64,000 nucleotides of DNA from Candidatus Phycocordibacter aenigmaticus (GTDB lineage: Bacteria > Patescibacteriota > Minisyncoccia > Phycocordibacterales > Phycocordibacteraceae): NCBI GenBank assembly GCA_045401115.1, contig CP174359.1, positions 652,667-716,666 on the forward strand. Reading direction: 5' to 3'. A program made the translations under genes and the position numbers. Position 1 is the stretch's first letter; each line of letters starts with the position of its first letter. Shown one piece after another: positions 21,411 through 31,047 of this stretch. The notes beneath the pieces were generated by a model. It had not been told where the DNA came from and did no database searches. It was given only the letters and a program-made list of their open reading frames with translations.

Positions 21411-23147
21411 ATGAACAAAGAACTTGAACACAAACGCCACACTCTCGCTCACCTCTTAGCTGCGGCTGTAGGACAGCTTTACCCGCACGCAAAGCTCACC
21501 CTCGGACCCGCTATTGATGATGGATTTTACTATGATATCGATTTTTCTGAAGGAGAAAAACCTGGTGAAGCAGAACTGAAGAAAATTGAAAAAATAATGA
21601 GGAAACTTCTTCCGTCATGGAAAGAGTTTACTCATAAAGAAATGAGTAAAGAGGAAGCTAAGGAACATTTCGAGAGCAACCAATTTAAATTAGAACTCAT
21701 TGATGAGATTGATGCGCGTGATGAAAAAATTACCCTCTATACGATTGGTAATTTTTCCGACCTGTGTCGTGGTGGACATAGTGAGAATCCTGCAAAAGAA
21801 ATTGCACTTGATTCATTTATGCTTGATCGTATTGCCGGCGCGTACTGGCGCGGTGATGAAAAAAACCCAATGCTCACCCGCATCTATGGCCTCGCATTCG
21901 ATACCAAAGAAGAACTAGATGCATACCTTGCTCAACGTGAAGAGGCGCGTAAACGCGACCATAAAAAACTTGGTGCAGAGCTTGGGCTCTTTACTATTTC
22001 CCCGCTTGTTGGATCAGGGCTGCCACTTTTAAAACCAAAAGGTATGATTATCCGACGAGAAATTGAAGAATACCTCTGGGAACTTCATAAAAACAAGGGA
22101 TACGACCGAGTGTGGACACCACATATCACAAACTTGTCACTTTATGAGACAAGTGGGCATGCGGAAAAATTTGGTGAAGAACTGTTCCGTGTTAAAGGAG
22201 GCGATGAAGACTTCGCTTTAAAACCAATGAACTGCCCACACCATATGCAGATTTTTGCTGATGACCAATTTTCATACCGTGATATGCCGGTACGTTATTT
22301 TGAACCCGCAACAGTATATCGTTATGAAAAATCCGGTCAACTTTCCGGCCTTACCCGTGTACGCGCCATCACTCAAGATGACGGACATTTGTTCTGTCGC
22401 GTCTCGCAAATTACCGAAGAGGTATCGGAAATTATTTCTATTGTTCGCGCATTCTACGAAACCGTGGGATTACTCGATGATTATTGGGTGAGTCTATCTG
22501 TGCGTGGCCCAGAGGGTATGTATCTCGGCGGTGATGCAGTATGGGATCAAGCAGAGACTGCACTTGAAGAAGCAGCTCAAAAAAATGAATTAAATTATAC
22601 ACGTGTTGAAGGTGAAGCAGCATTCTACGGACCAAAGCTCGACTTTATGTTTAAAGACGCGATTGGTCGTGAGTGGCAACTCGCAACTATTCAATGTGAC
22701 TTTAACCTCCCTGAGCGCTTTAAACTGGCATATACTAACGAACAAGGAGAGAAAGAACAGCCAGTTGTGATTCATCGTGCTATCTCAGGATCTATTGAAC
22801 GTTTTATGGGCGTACTGATTGAGCATTATGCTGGAGCCTTCCCTCTTTGGCTTGCGCCAACACAAGTAAAAGTGCTTCCAGTGTCTGAGTCGCACCAGGC
22901 GTATGCTAAGAGCGTTATGGAAAAACTTGCTGAGGCAGGAATTCGCACTGAACTTGATAACGAAGAATCCCTTGGTAAACGTATCCGCCAGGCGAATATT
23001 GAGAAAGTCCCCTACTTCTTTGTGATTGGTGATAAAGAAGTAGAGGCCGGAACGGTGACTGTAGAAGGGCGTGGAGGCAATGAAGGAGCTCAGGACGTTG
23101 ATGCGGTGATTGCCATGCTCGCTGAAAAGATCAAAGAGCGTTCATAG
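21411..23147 (+). CDS. thrS: Threonine--tRNA ligase lacking the N-terminal TGS domain
   Basis: RHTLAHLLA, DLCRGGH, KPMNCPHH, AAFYGPKLD, IHRAISGSIERF. Confidence 0.97.
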   Translation: MNKELEHKRHTLAHLLAAAVGQLYPHAKLTLGPAIDDGFYYDIDFSEGEKPGEAELKKIEKIMRKLLPSWKEFTHKEMSKEEAKEHFESNQFKLELIDEIDARDEKITLYTIGNFSDLCRGGHSENPAKEIALDSFMLDRIAGAYWRGDEKNPMLTRIYGLAFDTKEELDAYLAQREEARKRDHKKLGAELGLFTISPLVGSGLPLLKPKGMIIRREIEEYLWELHKNKGYDRVWTPHITNLSLYETSGHAEKFGEELFRVKGGDEDFALKPMNCPHHMQIFADDQFSYRDMPVRYFEPATVYRYEKSGQLSGLTRVRAITQDDGHLFCRVSQITEEVSEIISIVRAFYETVGLLDDYWVSLSVRGPEGMYLGGDAVWDQAETALEEAAQKNELNYTRVEGEAAFYGPKLDFMFKDAIGREWQLATIQCDFNLPERFKLAYTNEQGEKEQPVVIHRAISGSIERFMGVLIEHYAGAFPLWLAPTQVKVLPVSESHQAYAKSVMEKLAEAGIRTELDNEESLGKRIRQANIEKVPYFFVIGDKEVEAGTVTVEGRGGNEGAQDVDAVIAMLAEKIKERS

Positions 23148-23163
23148 ATCCCTCGTTCATATA

Positions 23164-23201
23164 AAAAATAAACGGCTCACCGAGGTGAGCCGTTTATTTT
23201 T
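23164..23201. terminator. Bidirectional terminator, TAAACGGCTCA family copy 1
   Basis: AAAAATAAACGGCTCAC-CGAG-GTGAGCCGTTTATTTTT between convergent genes. Confidence 0.85.
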
Positions 23202-23328
23202 AATTGTAAGCCTAAAGAGTTTTCTAAAAGAGGTGGAGTTCAAGGCGCTGAGGTTTTTTGCGGTGAGCCGTACTGCTAGATACGGTGAGCCGGAAAAAGT
23301 ACCGAGAGCAACGAAGAAATACGCTCTT

Positions 23329-26300
23329 TTAGGAAACTCTGACGTCGAATGCTTGTGCGAGCGCAATCTTGAGGTTAGTGAATTGTGAGGTGTAACTGGT
23401 ATCAAGTGCGTGAGCAAATACCTCAACCAGTTCTGAAAGCGCCGCATCAGAAACCGTTGCTGCCTTTTCTTTAATATCCAAGTCATTAAACTCAGTGCCT
23501 GTTTTGCGCGATCGGCAGAGACGGTCAAGTGTGGTGGCAATTGCTGTTGCGAACCGTGTTGCTGATACTCCTTCAGACTCTATCTTTGCAAGCAATGTAA
23601 ACGCCTCGTCACGATTACCTGAGAGTAATGCGGCAACAAATCGATTCACTGCTTCACCTTCAAGTGCTGGAGCTTTTGCATCTGACTGCGCATGAGATGT
23701 GTGTGCCGGCGCTTCAGGTGACTCTTCTACCACTGACTCCTCCTGTGGAGTGTTTGTTGACTCGGTCGCGCGGATTAACTCACGAACACGAGTGCCTGAG
23801 AGATGGATCCATCCGTCTTCACGTGGAATAGTGCGTACGGCCTCATTCAGTACGTCACCAAACGCTTTAAGTGTTTCGGCACGTTCGGTACGTAAATGAG
23901 TCGCAACCATCACAGCTTCTGGTGAGAGGAGGATGCCTGCAGCGTGTGCACGTGACTCAATAACATCACTTAACTCAGGCAACGCACCTGCGGCATTTGG
24001 TGTGTATACTACCGACGGACGTGATGCCGGTGCAGCGTGTCTTTGAGGTGCCGGCGCTACTGATGGCGCCATAGTTGCAGCAGCAACTGGTTCTACATCA
24101 CGCTCAAACTCATCCGCTTCATTAAACTGCGGTGCTGCTGTTGTATTGTCATATGATGGCGGTTCATAGTCGTGGTAATCACGAGCATTAGATGTTTGCG
24201 GCACTATGCCAATACGCTCTGCAAAGAACCGTAGACTACCGCGCCCAATAAGGACATAGGTAATGCCGAGACTCCATAGCGCGACTGCCAACCAGAAGAG
24301 CATAGTCAGGAATGGACCTGCCTCAAAACCAGTATATGGAACCTGTGCCAGTGATACGAATGATGCGCCGAGCACCTCACCTCCTGGAGCACTCGCCAAA
24401 GAGACGTTTGGCTGATTTAAACCACCACCACAATTAGTACAACCGGTATTAACACGAACTTCCGCAGAACAAGTGACATCACCATGGGGACCTGAGAAAG
24501 TTGCAGTGTAATTAGTATCAGTTGATGGGAACAATGTATTAGTTGTGCCGCCTCCAACCGGAGATATTGAACCAACATTATTATCAATGCTGCCGCTCGT
24601 TACGTTCGCTGAGGTCCAAGTCAGTGTAATTGAGTCACCAGTATCAATCTGTGAATCAGATGCGGTAAGTGTACACGCAGGTACTGGATCTGGTGGTTGA
24701 TTCACGGTTACTGTAGTGCTACAGCTTGTTGTGTCGCCTGCACTGTTTTTTGCAACACCAGTAAATGTTCTCGTGCTTGTCAGCGGAACAGTATCTTTTG
24801 AACCACTACCAATACTTACTGAACCGATACCTTGATTAATTTCAAAAGAAACGGCATTTTGTGTACTCCACTGGAGTGTTGAAGTTGCATTGAGGTCAAC
24901 CACACTTGGGTTTGAGGTGAGTGTACACACTGGAGCATTAGGTGTAGGAGGTGGATCAATAGTAATAGAACACGTACGCTCTGCGCCAGCACTGTTTCTC
25001 ACTTTAAGGTTGTAGGTACCTGCGCCCACGGTCTTTGAACCATCTTGTGGTGTGATGCCAGCACCGTTAAGGAATGCGGCAGCAGCATTGCTAATAGTCC
25101 AACTCAATTCTGTAGTAGTTTCACCCATAGCAATTGCTGGTGCATCAATAGTACACACTGGAGGGTTAGTCACCACCTGTTTGTTTTTAAAGACGACTGC
25201 GGCACATGAAGACCCACTTGGTACATTCACTACACCGCCTGATGGGGTCACTGAAATCAAATCCCATGAACTACCCGCGTCCACTTCAGTCACTGTATGT
25301 AGTCCAGGAGTGACGTTATCAAAACGTGCGTGTCCATTAGCGTCTGAGGTAACAGTTCGACTACCTAGTTTAAAGGTGAACTGCGCAACCGGTGTGAGCG
25401 GTGCTCCGGTAGTATCAAACGTTTCTTTCAGAATACGGATACATCCAGGGGCTGGAGGTATTGGCGGCGGATCAATAGTAATAGAACATGTACGTTCAGC
25501 ACCGGCGCTATTTCTCACTTTGAGGTTGTAGGTACCTGCGCCCACGGTCTTTGAACCATCTTGTGGTGTGATGCCAGCACCGTTAAGGAATGCGGCAGCA
25601 GCATTGCTAATAGTCCAACTCAATTCTGTAGTAGTTTCACCCATAGCAATTGCTGGTGCATCAATAGTACACACTGGAGGGTTAGTCACCACCTGTTTGT
25701 TTTTAAAGACGACTGCGGCACATGAAGACCCACTTGGTACATTCACTACACCGCCTGATGGGGTCACTGAAATCAAATCCCATGAACTACCCGCGTCCAC
25801 TTCAGTCACTGTATGTAGTCCAGGAGTGACGTTATCAAAACGTGCGTGTCCATTAGCGTCTGAGGTAACAGTTCGACTACCTAGTTTAAAGGTGAACTGC
25901 GCAACCGGTGTGAGCGGTGCTCCGGTAGTATCAAACGTTTCTTTCAGAATACGGATACATCCAGGGGCTGGAGGAGGAGTTTCAACAGTAATTGCTGCCG
26001 TACAGGTGGCAGTATCTCCGGCACTGTTTTGAACAGTACCAGTATATACGAACGTACCTGCACTTCCTGGTGTTATAGATTTTGTCCCATTTGCAATTGG
26101 ACTCGTCCAAAGAGAGAGCGCTCCCACTCCACGATTAATAGAAAAACTTGTTGCGTTGCGTGTTTCCCACGTAATATCAGCATCTTCGCCGAGTTCAATA
26201 GTACTTGGTGCGATGGACATTGTACATACAGGTGGCTGGATTTGCGGAGCAACAGTGACCGTATCAGAACACGTAGCGGTGCGACCAGTAGCACTCGTTA

Positions 26301-26742
26301 CCGTCATAGTGTATGTGGTACTTCCGACCGGAGGAGTAACTGAACGGGTACCGTTTGAGATATTTACCGCCCCAATATTTTGATTAATAGTTGCAGTACT
26401 TGCACGCGTGGTCGTCCAAGACAGGTTGGTGCTGTCACCAAAAGACAGAGAAGATGGGTTCGCGGTAAGTGTACATACTGGAGTAATGTGACCGCCACCG
26501 CCGCCACCGCCATCACCGCCACCGCCGCCGATAGTGCCACCGCCGCCGCCCCAACCGCCGCCACCACCACCGCCGCCGTCGTGCTTAATACAAGTATGAC
26601 AACTAATAATCGCGTTGGCAGTATTGATACCTCGATCCACAACACTTTCTGAAAGGTCCACTGTAAACCATGCCCCGGCAAAAAGCAGGATAAATATAAA
26701 AAATGAACGAGCAATGGTGTTATATACGTTGTTATTTATCAT
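23329..26742 (-). CDS. Large surface protein: signal/TM, Gly-rich linker, Cys-bounded Ig/PKD-like repeats, VPYTG motif, TM, ~300 aa cytoplasmic tail; putative sortase substrate
   Basis: Repeats P.CTL.A.P..I..G..TL.W...C...VTV; VPYTG at 24328-24342 followed by FLTMLFWLAVALWSLGITYVLIG. Confidence 0.85.
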   Translation of the reverse strand: MINNNVYNTIARSFFIFILLFAGAWFTVDLSESVVDRGINTANAIISCHTCIKHDGGGGGGGGWGGGGGTIGGGGGDGGGGGGGHITPVCTLTANPSSLSFGDSTNLSWTTTRASTATINQNIGAVNISNGTRSVTPPVGSTTYTMTVTSATGRTATCSDTVTVAPQIQPPVCTMSIAPSTIELGEDADITWETRNATSFSINRGVGALSLWTSPIANGTKSITPGSAGTFVYTGTVQNSAGDTATCTAAITVETPPPAPGCIRILKETFDTTGAPLTPVAQFTFKLGSRTVTSDANGHARFDNVTPGLHTVTEVDAGSSWDLISVTPSGGVVNVPSGSSCAAVVFKNKQVVTNPPVCTIDAPAIAMGETTTELSWTISNAAAAFLNGAGITPQDGSKTVGAGTYNLKVRNSAGAERTCSITIDPPPIPPAPGCIRILKETFDTTGAPLTPVAQFTFKLGSRTVTSDANGHARFDNVTPGLHTVTEVDAGSSWDLISVTPSGGVVNVPSGSSCAAVVFKNKQVVTNPPVCTIDAPAIAMGETTTELSWTISNAAAAFLNGAGITPQDGSKTVGAGTYNLKVRNSAGAERTCSITIDPPPTPNAPVCTLTSNPSVVDLNATSTLQWSTQNAVSFEINQGIGSVSIGSGSKDTVPLTSTRTFTGVAKNSAGDTTSCSTTVTVNQPPDPVPACTLTASDSQIDTGDSITLTWTSANVTSGSIDNNVGSISPVGGGTTNTLFPSTDTNYTATFSGPHGDVTCSAEVRVNTGCTNCGGGLNQPNVSLASAPGGEVLGASFVSLAQVPYTGFEAGPFLTMLFWLAVALWSLGITYVLIGRGSLRFFAERIGIVPQTSNARDYHDYEPPSYDNTTAAPQFNEADEFERDVEPVAAATMAPSVAPAPQRHAAPASRPSVVYTPNAAGALPELSDVIESRAHAAGILLSPEAVMVATHLRTERAETLKAFGDVLNEAVRTIPREDGWIHLSGTRVRELIRATESTNTPQEESVVEESPEAPAHTSHAQSDAKAPALEGEAVNRFVAALLSGNRDEAFTLLAKIESEGVSATRFATAIATTLDRLCRSRKTGTEFNDLDIKEKAATVSDAALSELVEVFAHALDTSYTSQFTNLKIALAQAFDVRVS
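24953..25974. repeat. Intragenic tandem duplication, 2 x 516 bp (172 aa)
   Basis: 24953-25458 matches 25469-25974 at offset 516. Confidence 0.95.
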
Positions 26743-27365
26743 AGAATAGAATGGGTACTATAGAACGCCTCAACAACATAACGTTCACCTGGTTCACCAA
26801 ATGAGTTACATGTTGAAAGGATTAAGTTTTGTGAATTTTCTTTAAGTGGAATCAATGCGTCTGATGCCTGCACTAATGATACGGACTGAACAGTATACTC
26901 ATACAGAGTGTTATCTGAATATACTTTGATCACGTCGCCGGCTGAAAGTTTTTGAAGACCGTTAAAAGCTTTAAAAGCTTTGTTTTGTACAACAGGCAAA
27001 CCGCTTTGGTGACCAAAAAGGAACATCGTGGATCGTTCCCCTAAACGCGCCGACCCTGGATATCGCACTGCTCCGTTAAGTAGCGCATTATCAAGGTCGG
27101 TAATGGCTGTTGATGTAGGATTTTCAATCTTTGTATCAACACCAATAGACGGTATTACGACACGAGTTGGTGCCTCAACATATTGAGGCATTTCCACTGG
27201 GGTTTCCTCTGATGCAGTTTCAGCAGCAACAGATTCCTCTTGTTGCGGTGCTTCTGGTACAAAGTCAACGAGAAAAAGTATCACTGCTGTGATGAAAAAT
27301 ACACCGAAAAATACCATTAACAAACGGATTGGGTGTATATCACGATTTGATACTCTTTGCGTCAT
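26739..27365 (-). CDS. Sortase
   Basis: N-terminal TM; catalytic triad in FGH..., LSTC, ERYVV; 4 bp overlap with the downstream gene. Confidence 0.92.
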   Translation of the reverse strand: MTQRVSNRDIHPIRLLMVFFGVFFITAVILFLVDFVPEAPQQEESVAAETASEETPVEMPQYVEAPTRVVIPSIGVDTKIENPTSTAITDLDNALLNGAVRYPGSARLGERSTMFLFGHQSGLPVVQNKAFKAFNGLQKLSAGDVIKVYSDNTLYEYTVQSVSLVQASDALIPLKENSQNLILSTCNSFGEPGERYVVEAFYSTHSIL

Positions 27366-27444
27366 AATCTGTGTGTCGCTGCTGTCAAATAACTGTCTCT
27401 TATCGGTATTCAGCGACTCCTGGGCCTATTCCAGGTTGGAACCA

Positions 27445-27473
27445 ATTCTATATATGAAAATAGGATTTGTCAA
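27445..27473 (-). promoter_or_regulatory. sigma70-type promoter of the sortase operon
   Basis: TTGACA-17 nt-TAGAAT. Confidence 0.75.
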
Positions 27474-27603
27474 GTCTTTCATTATTCATCCATATACTGC
27501 GCGCTCTTTGGCTAAAGGTCATTTTATGATAGGTAATCATACGTATAGTACGCTGCGAGAAAACTTGACAAAACCTTTTTTATGTTATATATATGCATTA
27601 CAT

Positions 27604-28650
27604 ATGAATACAGAAAATAATCGAAATCAGAACGGCGCGACACGAGCCGTGACCCGTGTGTTTGCTGTTATTGGCTTTATCGCGATAATTCCGTTTGGTC
27701 TCTGGGCAAGTGTGTCTGTTGCTCGAGCAATGCCTGATGCATTCAGCGCGATAGCATCTGCGTTAGTATCGGTTACGTCAGTGTTTGTCTCTGCAGATGA
27801 AACAATCACACTTTCTGTCCCCTCTTTAACTGTACAATCAGGTGATTCATTCGTGCTTTCTTGGGAACATACACAAAAACGCACCGAGGGACGTTACACA
27901 TTAAGCTATGGATGTGTTGAGGGAGTGACAGTGCATCGACCGACAACACAAAATGCATCTGCTGAATTTGCATGTAACACTCCTGTTGAATTTCTTAACG
28001 CCAATAATTCGGTCGTGTTAACTGTAAAGTCAACGCAAAACCGCTTTGTTGACTTACCGATTACCCTCGCGTTTACTCCGCAAAGCGCAGGTGTACCAAC
28101 AGTAACCGCTAACACACTTATAACTATTGAAAATAGCGCTCTTACCGGTAGTCCTACGGTGACCGAAACCTCTACTCCCACACGACCAACAACACCAACT
28201 CGTGGAGAAGAAACAACCACTATTGATGTGATTAATACTACTGGACCAGCAGCAAGTGATCCAAATGGTTTTGTTGACCTCTCAGCACGTCTTATTGAGG
28301 TGGGTGTCGTTGATAAAGCTACCGGTGAATTTACCGCAAGCTCAACGCCAAGTCGTTCAGTTATTGGTAAACGCGTTGCGGCACGGTTTGCTATTGAAAA
28401 CAACGGGACTAAGACCAGTGATCAATGGACCTTTAACGCGGTGCTTCCAACCTACCCTTCACATATCTACAGCTCCCCTACCCAGCAGATACTTGGCCCG
28501 GGTGACCGTATTGAGTTTACGCTTGGATTTGACTCTTTCGAGCAAGACAACGAAGGAGTACTTATTGTGAACGTTGATCCAACGCAACGTATCAATGAGT
28601 CAAATAAGGATAACAACATCCTCCGCGCTCCTATTACGGTTATTGATTAA
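27604..28650 (+). CDS. Membrane-anchored protein with C-terminal CARDB-like Ig domain
   Basis: N-terminal TM, Thr/Pro linker, DLS..IENNGTK..VDPTQRINESNKDNN; probable start MNTENN. Confidence 0.8.
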   Translation: MNTENNRNQNGATRAVTRVFAVIGFIAIIPFGLWASVSVARAMPDAFSAIASALVSVTSVFVSADETITLSVPSLTVQSGDSFVLSWEHTQKRTEGRYTLSYGCVEGVTVHRPTTQNASAEFACNTPVEFLNANNSVVLTVKSTQNRFVDLPITLAFTPQSAGVPTVTANTLITIENSALTGSPTVTETSTPTRPTTPTRGEETTTIDVINTTGPAASDPNGFVDLSARLIEVGVVDKATGEFTASSTPSRSVIGKRVAARFAIENNGTKTSDQWTFNAVLPTYPSHIYSSPTQQILGPGDRIEFTLGFDSFEQDNEGVLIVNVDPTQRINESNKDNNILRAPITVID

Positions 28651-28673
28651 TCAATTAATAACTGTATCCTCTT

Positions 28674-28705
28674 AAAACAGCACCTACTTATAGGTGCTGT
28701 TTTTT
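28674..28705. terminator. Bidirectional terminator
   Basis: AAAACAGCACCTA-CTTA-TAGGTGCTGTTTT between convergent genes. Confidence 0.8.
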
Positions 28706-28728
28706 ATAAAATATTCAAAGAAAGTTGA

Positions 28729-30852
28729 TTAAATATCGAGATTAGCAGCTTTAGCATTACTTTGGATAAATGATTTTCGTGCAGGAACATCAGTGCCCAT
28801 AAGGATGTCAAAGATGCGGTCGGCTTCTTGTGCGTCGTTAATGGTTACCTGCTTCAATACCCGACGTTCCGGATCCATGGTGGTTTCCCAAAGCTCTTCC
28901 GGATTCATTTCACCGAGACCTTTGTATCGTTGTAGTGAGAATTTACTCTGACGCTTTTTCTTTGCTGGTGTCTCCTCTTCTTCCTCATCTCCATTTTCAC
29001 CCTGTTCAGCTTCGACAAGATTTTCTACTTCATCAACATCTTGTTTACCAACAATGGCATTCTTCTCAGCTTCAGTGAAGGCGTAGAATACTTCTTTACC
29101 TTTCTTAATTTTGAAAAGAGGTGGTTGAGCAATATAGAGATATCCACCCTCTACCACTTCTTTGAAGTAGCGATAGAAAAGTGTGAGAAGAAGAGTGCGA
29201 ATGTGCGCACCGTCAACATCTGCGTCAGTCGCAATAATAATTTTATGGTAGCGTAATTTTGAAACATCAAATAAGTCACCGATTGCCGTACCGAGTGCTA
29301 CGACCAGCGCTTTGATTTCGTTTGATGCGAGCATCCGGTCAAGTCGTGCGCGCTCTACGTTTAAAATCTTTCCACGAAGCGGCAAGATGGCTTGCGTGCG
29401 ACGATCACGACCCTGCTTACTTGAGCCACCTGCAGAGTCTCCCTCCACGATGAACAACTCAGATTCTTCAGCACTTCTACTTTGACAGTCAGCAAGTTTA
29501 CCCGGTAAGGTCATACCCTCAAGCGCGCCCTTTCTCAGTACTGAGTCTTTTGCTGCCTTTGCCGCTTTACGTGCTTTAAGTGCAAGTAAACTCTTACTAC
29601 AAATAGACCGTGCTTCATCAGGATGCGTTTCCAAAAAGTCCGCGAAACTTTCTGCAAACACAGTGTCTACCGCGCCACGTGCTTCAACCGAGCCGAGTTT
29701 TGCCTTGGTCTGTCCTTCAAACTGAATTTCCGGCATCTTTACCGAAATAACGGCAGTAATACCCTCGAGCACATCGTCACCAGTGAAATTCTCTTCTCCT
29801 TCTTTTACGAGTTTATTTTTACGGGCATAACTATTTAAAGTTCGCGTGAGCGCTGTCTTAAATCCAGTTACATGCATACCCCCTTCCGGCGTATGAATAT
29901 TGTTTGCAAATGCAGTCAACCTTCCAGAAATATCGTCAACATACTGAAGGGCAATCTCTACTGAAACATCTTCAACCTCTTTATCAATATAGAAAATTGT
30001 TTTATGCACCGCTTTTTGAGAACGGTTATTGAATGACACAAGAGAACGTAGTCCTCCTTCGAAATAAAACGTTTGTGATGGTGCCTGCAAGCCAAGGAAA
30101 CGTAGATATAACTCCCCACTTAAGTCAGGTACTGCAGTGTGTTCACGCAAATCCCATACCGCAATACGTGTTCCTTTTACTAAGTACGCCTGCTGACGTA
30201 GATGAGAAACGATACGCTTCCATTCATATACAACTTCTTTAAAGATTTCTTCGTCAGCTTCAAACGTAAGAATGGTACCGGTAAAATCTGAAGGTCCCAC
30301 TTTTTTTACTTTTGCCTTCGCCTTGCCACGTGCATATTCCTGCATGTAATGTGCACCGTCACGATGTACATCGACACGCGTATATACTGAGAGCGCGTTC
30401 ACGACCGACACACCAACTCCATGAAGACCACCGGATACTTTATAACCACTTTCATCACCGCCGAATTTACCACCAGCGTGAAGCGTGGTCATAATCGTTT
30501 CAAGTGCTGAAACTTTTGTTTGTTTATGTATATCAACCGGAATACCACGGCCATTGTCTACTACACGAATACGATTCCCAGGGAGAAGCGCCACCTCGAT
30601 ATCATTAGCAAAGCCACCCATCGCTTCGTCACGTGAGTTGTCAAAAACCTCCCAAATAAGGTGGTGCAGACCATCCGGACCAGTGGTGCCAATATACATA
30701 CCGGGACGTTTACGTACCGGTTCGAGTCCTTCAAGGACTGAAATCTGCTCTGCGCCGTATGAGCCTGCCGCCGCCTTTTTAGCGGTTTTCTTAGCAGCTG
30801 GTGCTTTTTTAGCAGCGCTTTTCTTGGTCGTTTTCTTAGGTGTATTAGGCAT
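28729..30852 (-). CDS. gyrB: DNA gyrase subunit B
   Basis: VRKRPGMYIG, SGGLHGVG, VEGDSAGG, PLRGKILN, DADVDGAHI, RYKGLGEMN. Confidence 0.96.
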   Translation of the reverse strand: MPNTPKKTTKKSAAKKAPAAKKTAKKAAAGSYGAEQISVLEGLEPVRKRPGMYIGTTGPDGLHHLIWEVFDNSRDEAMGGFANDIEVALLPGNRIRVVDNGRGIPVDIHKQTKVSALETIMTTLHAGGKFGGDESGYKVSGGLHGVGVSVVNALSVYTRVDVHRDGAHYMQEYARGKAKAKVKKVGPSDFTGTILTFEADEEIFKEVVYEWKRIVSHLRQQAYLVKGTRIAVWDLREHTAVPDLSGELYLRFLGLQAPSQTFYFEGGLRSLVSFNNRSQKAVHKTIFYIDKEVEDVSVEIALQYVDDISGRLTAFANNIHTPEGGMHVTGFKTALTRTLNSYARKNKLVKEGEENFTGDDVLEGITAVISVKMPEIQFEGQTKAKLGSVEARGAVDTVFAESFADFLETHPDEARSICSKSLLALKARKAAKAAKDSVLRKGALEGMTLPGKLADCQSRSAEESELFIVEGDSAGGSSKQGRDRRTQAILPLRGKILNVERARLDRMLASNEIKALVVALGTAIGDLFDVSKLRYHKIIIATDADVDGAHIRTLLLTLFYRYFKEVVEGGYLYIAQPPLFKIKKGKEVFYAFTEAEKNAIVGKQDVDEVENLVEAEQGENGDEEEEETPAKKKRQSKFSLQRYKGLGEMNPEELWETTMDPERRVLKQVTINDAQEADRIFDILMGTDVPARKSFIQSNAKAANLDI

Positions 30853-31047
30853 CTATATAAGCATTAAAAATGGCGCCTCGCGGGCCTCATATATTATACC
30901 ATCCGTATGCGTGAAAATCTCCCACATATAACCCCCCTCGTCAGGACTTCAATAGTCCCCGTTCTTTCCTCGATACACTCTGATTCATCCCCGCAACGGG
31001 GTTGATGGGTATGGACGGGAGGCTCATTTTTACATACACTAGAGGCT

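Noticed and set aside
26490-26580. GGC/GGT repeat as a phase-variable microsatellite
   Set aside because: It is an in-frame, mixed-codon Gly linker; slippage would not switch the frame.
26581-26601. CHTCIKH as a heme-binding site
   Set aside because: The spacing is CxxCxxH, not CxxCH; a disulfide is more likely.
27395-27416. c-di-AMP (ydaO) riboswitch suggested by UCGCUGAAU
   Set aside because: The leader is too short and lacks the other conserved segments.
30930-30975. Hammerhead ribozyme (CUGACGA and GAAA on the minus strand)
   Set aside because: No room for stem III and the UH cleavage site between GAAA and the adjacent stem.
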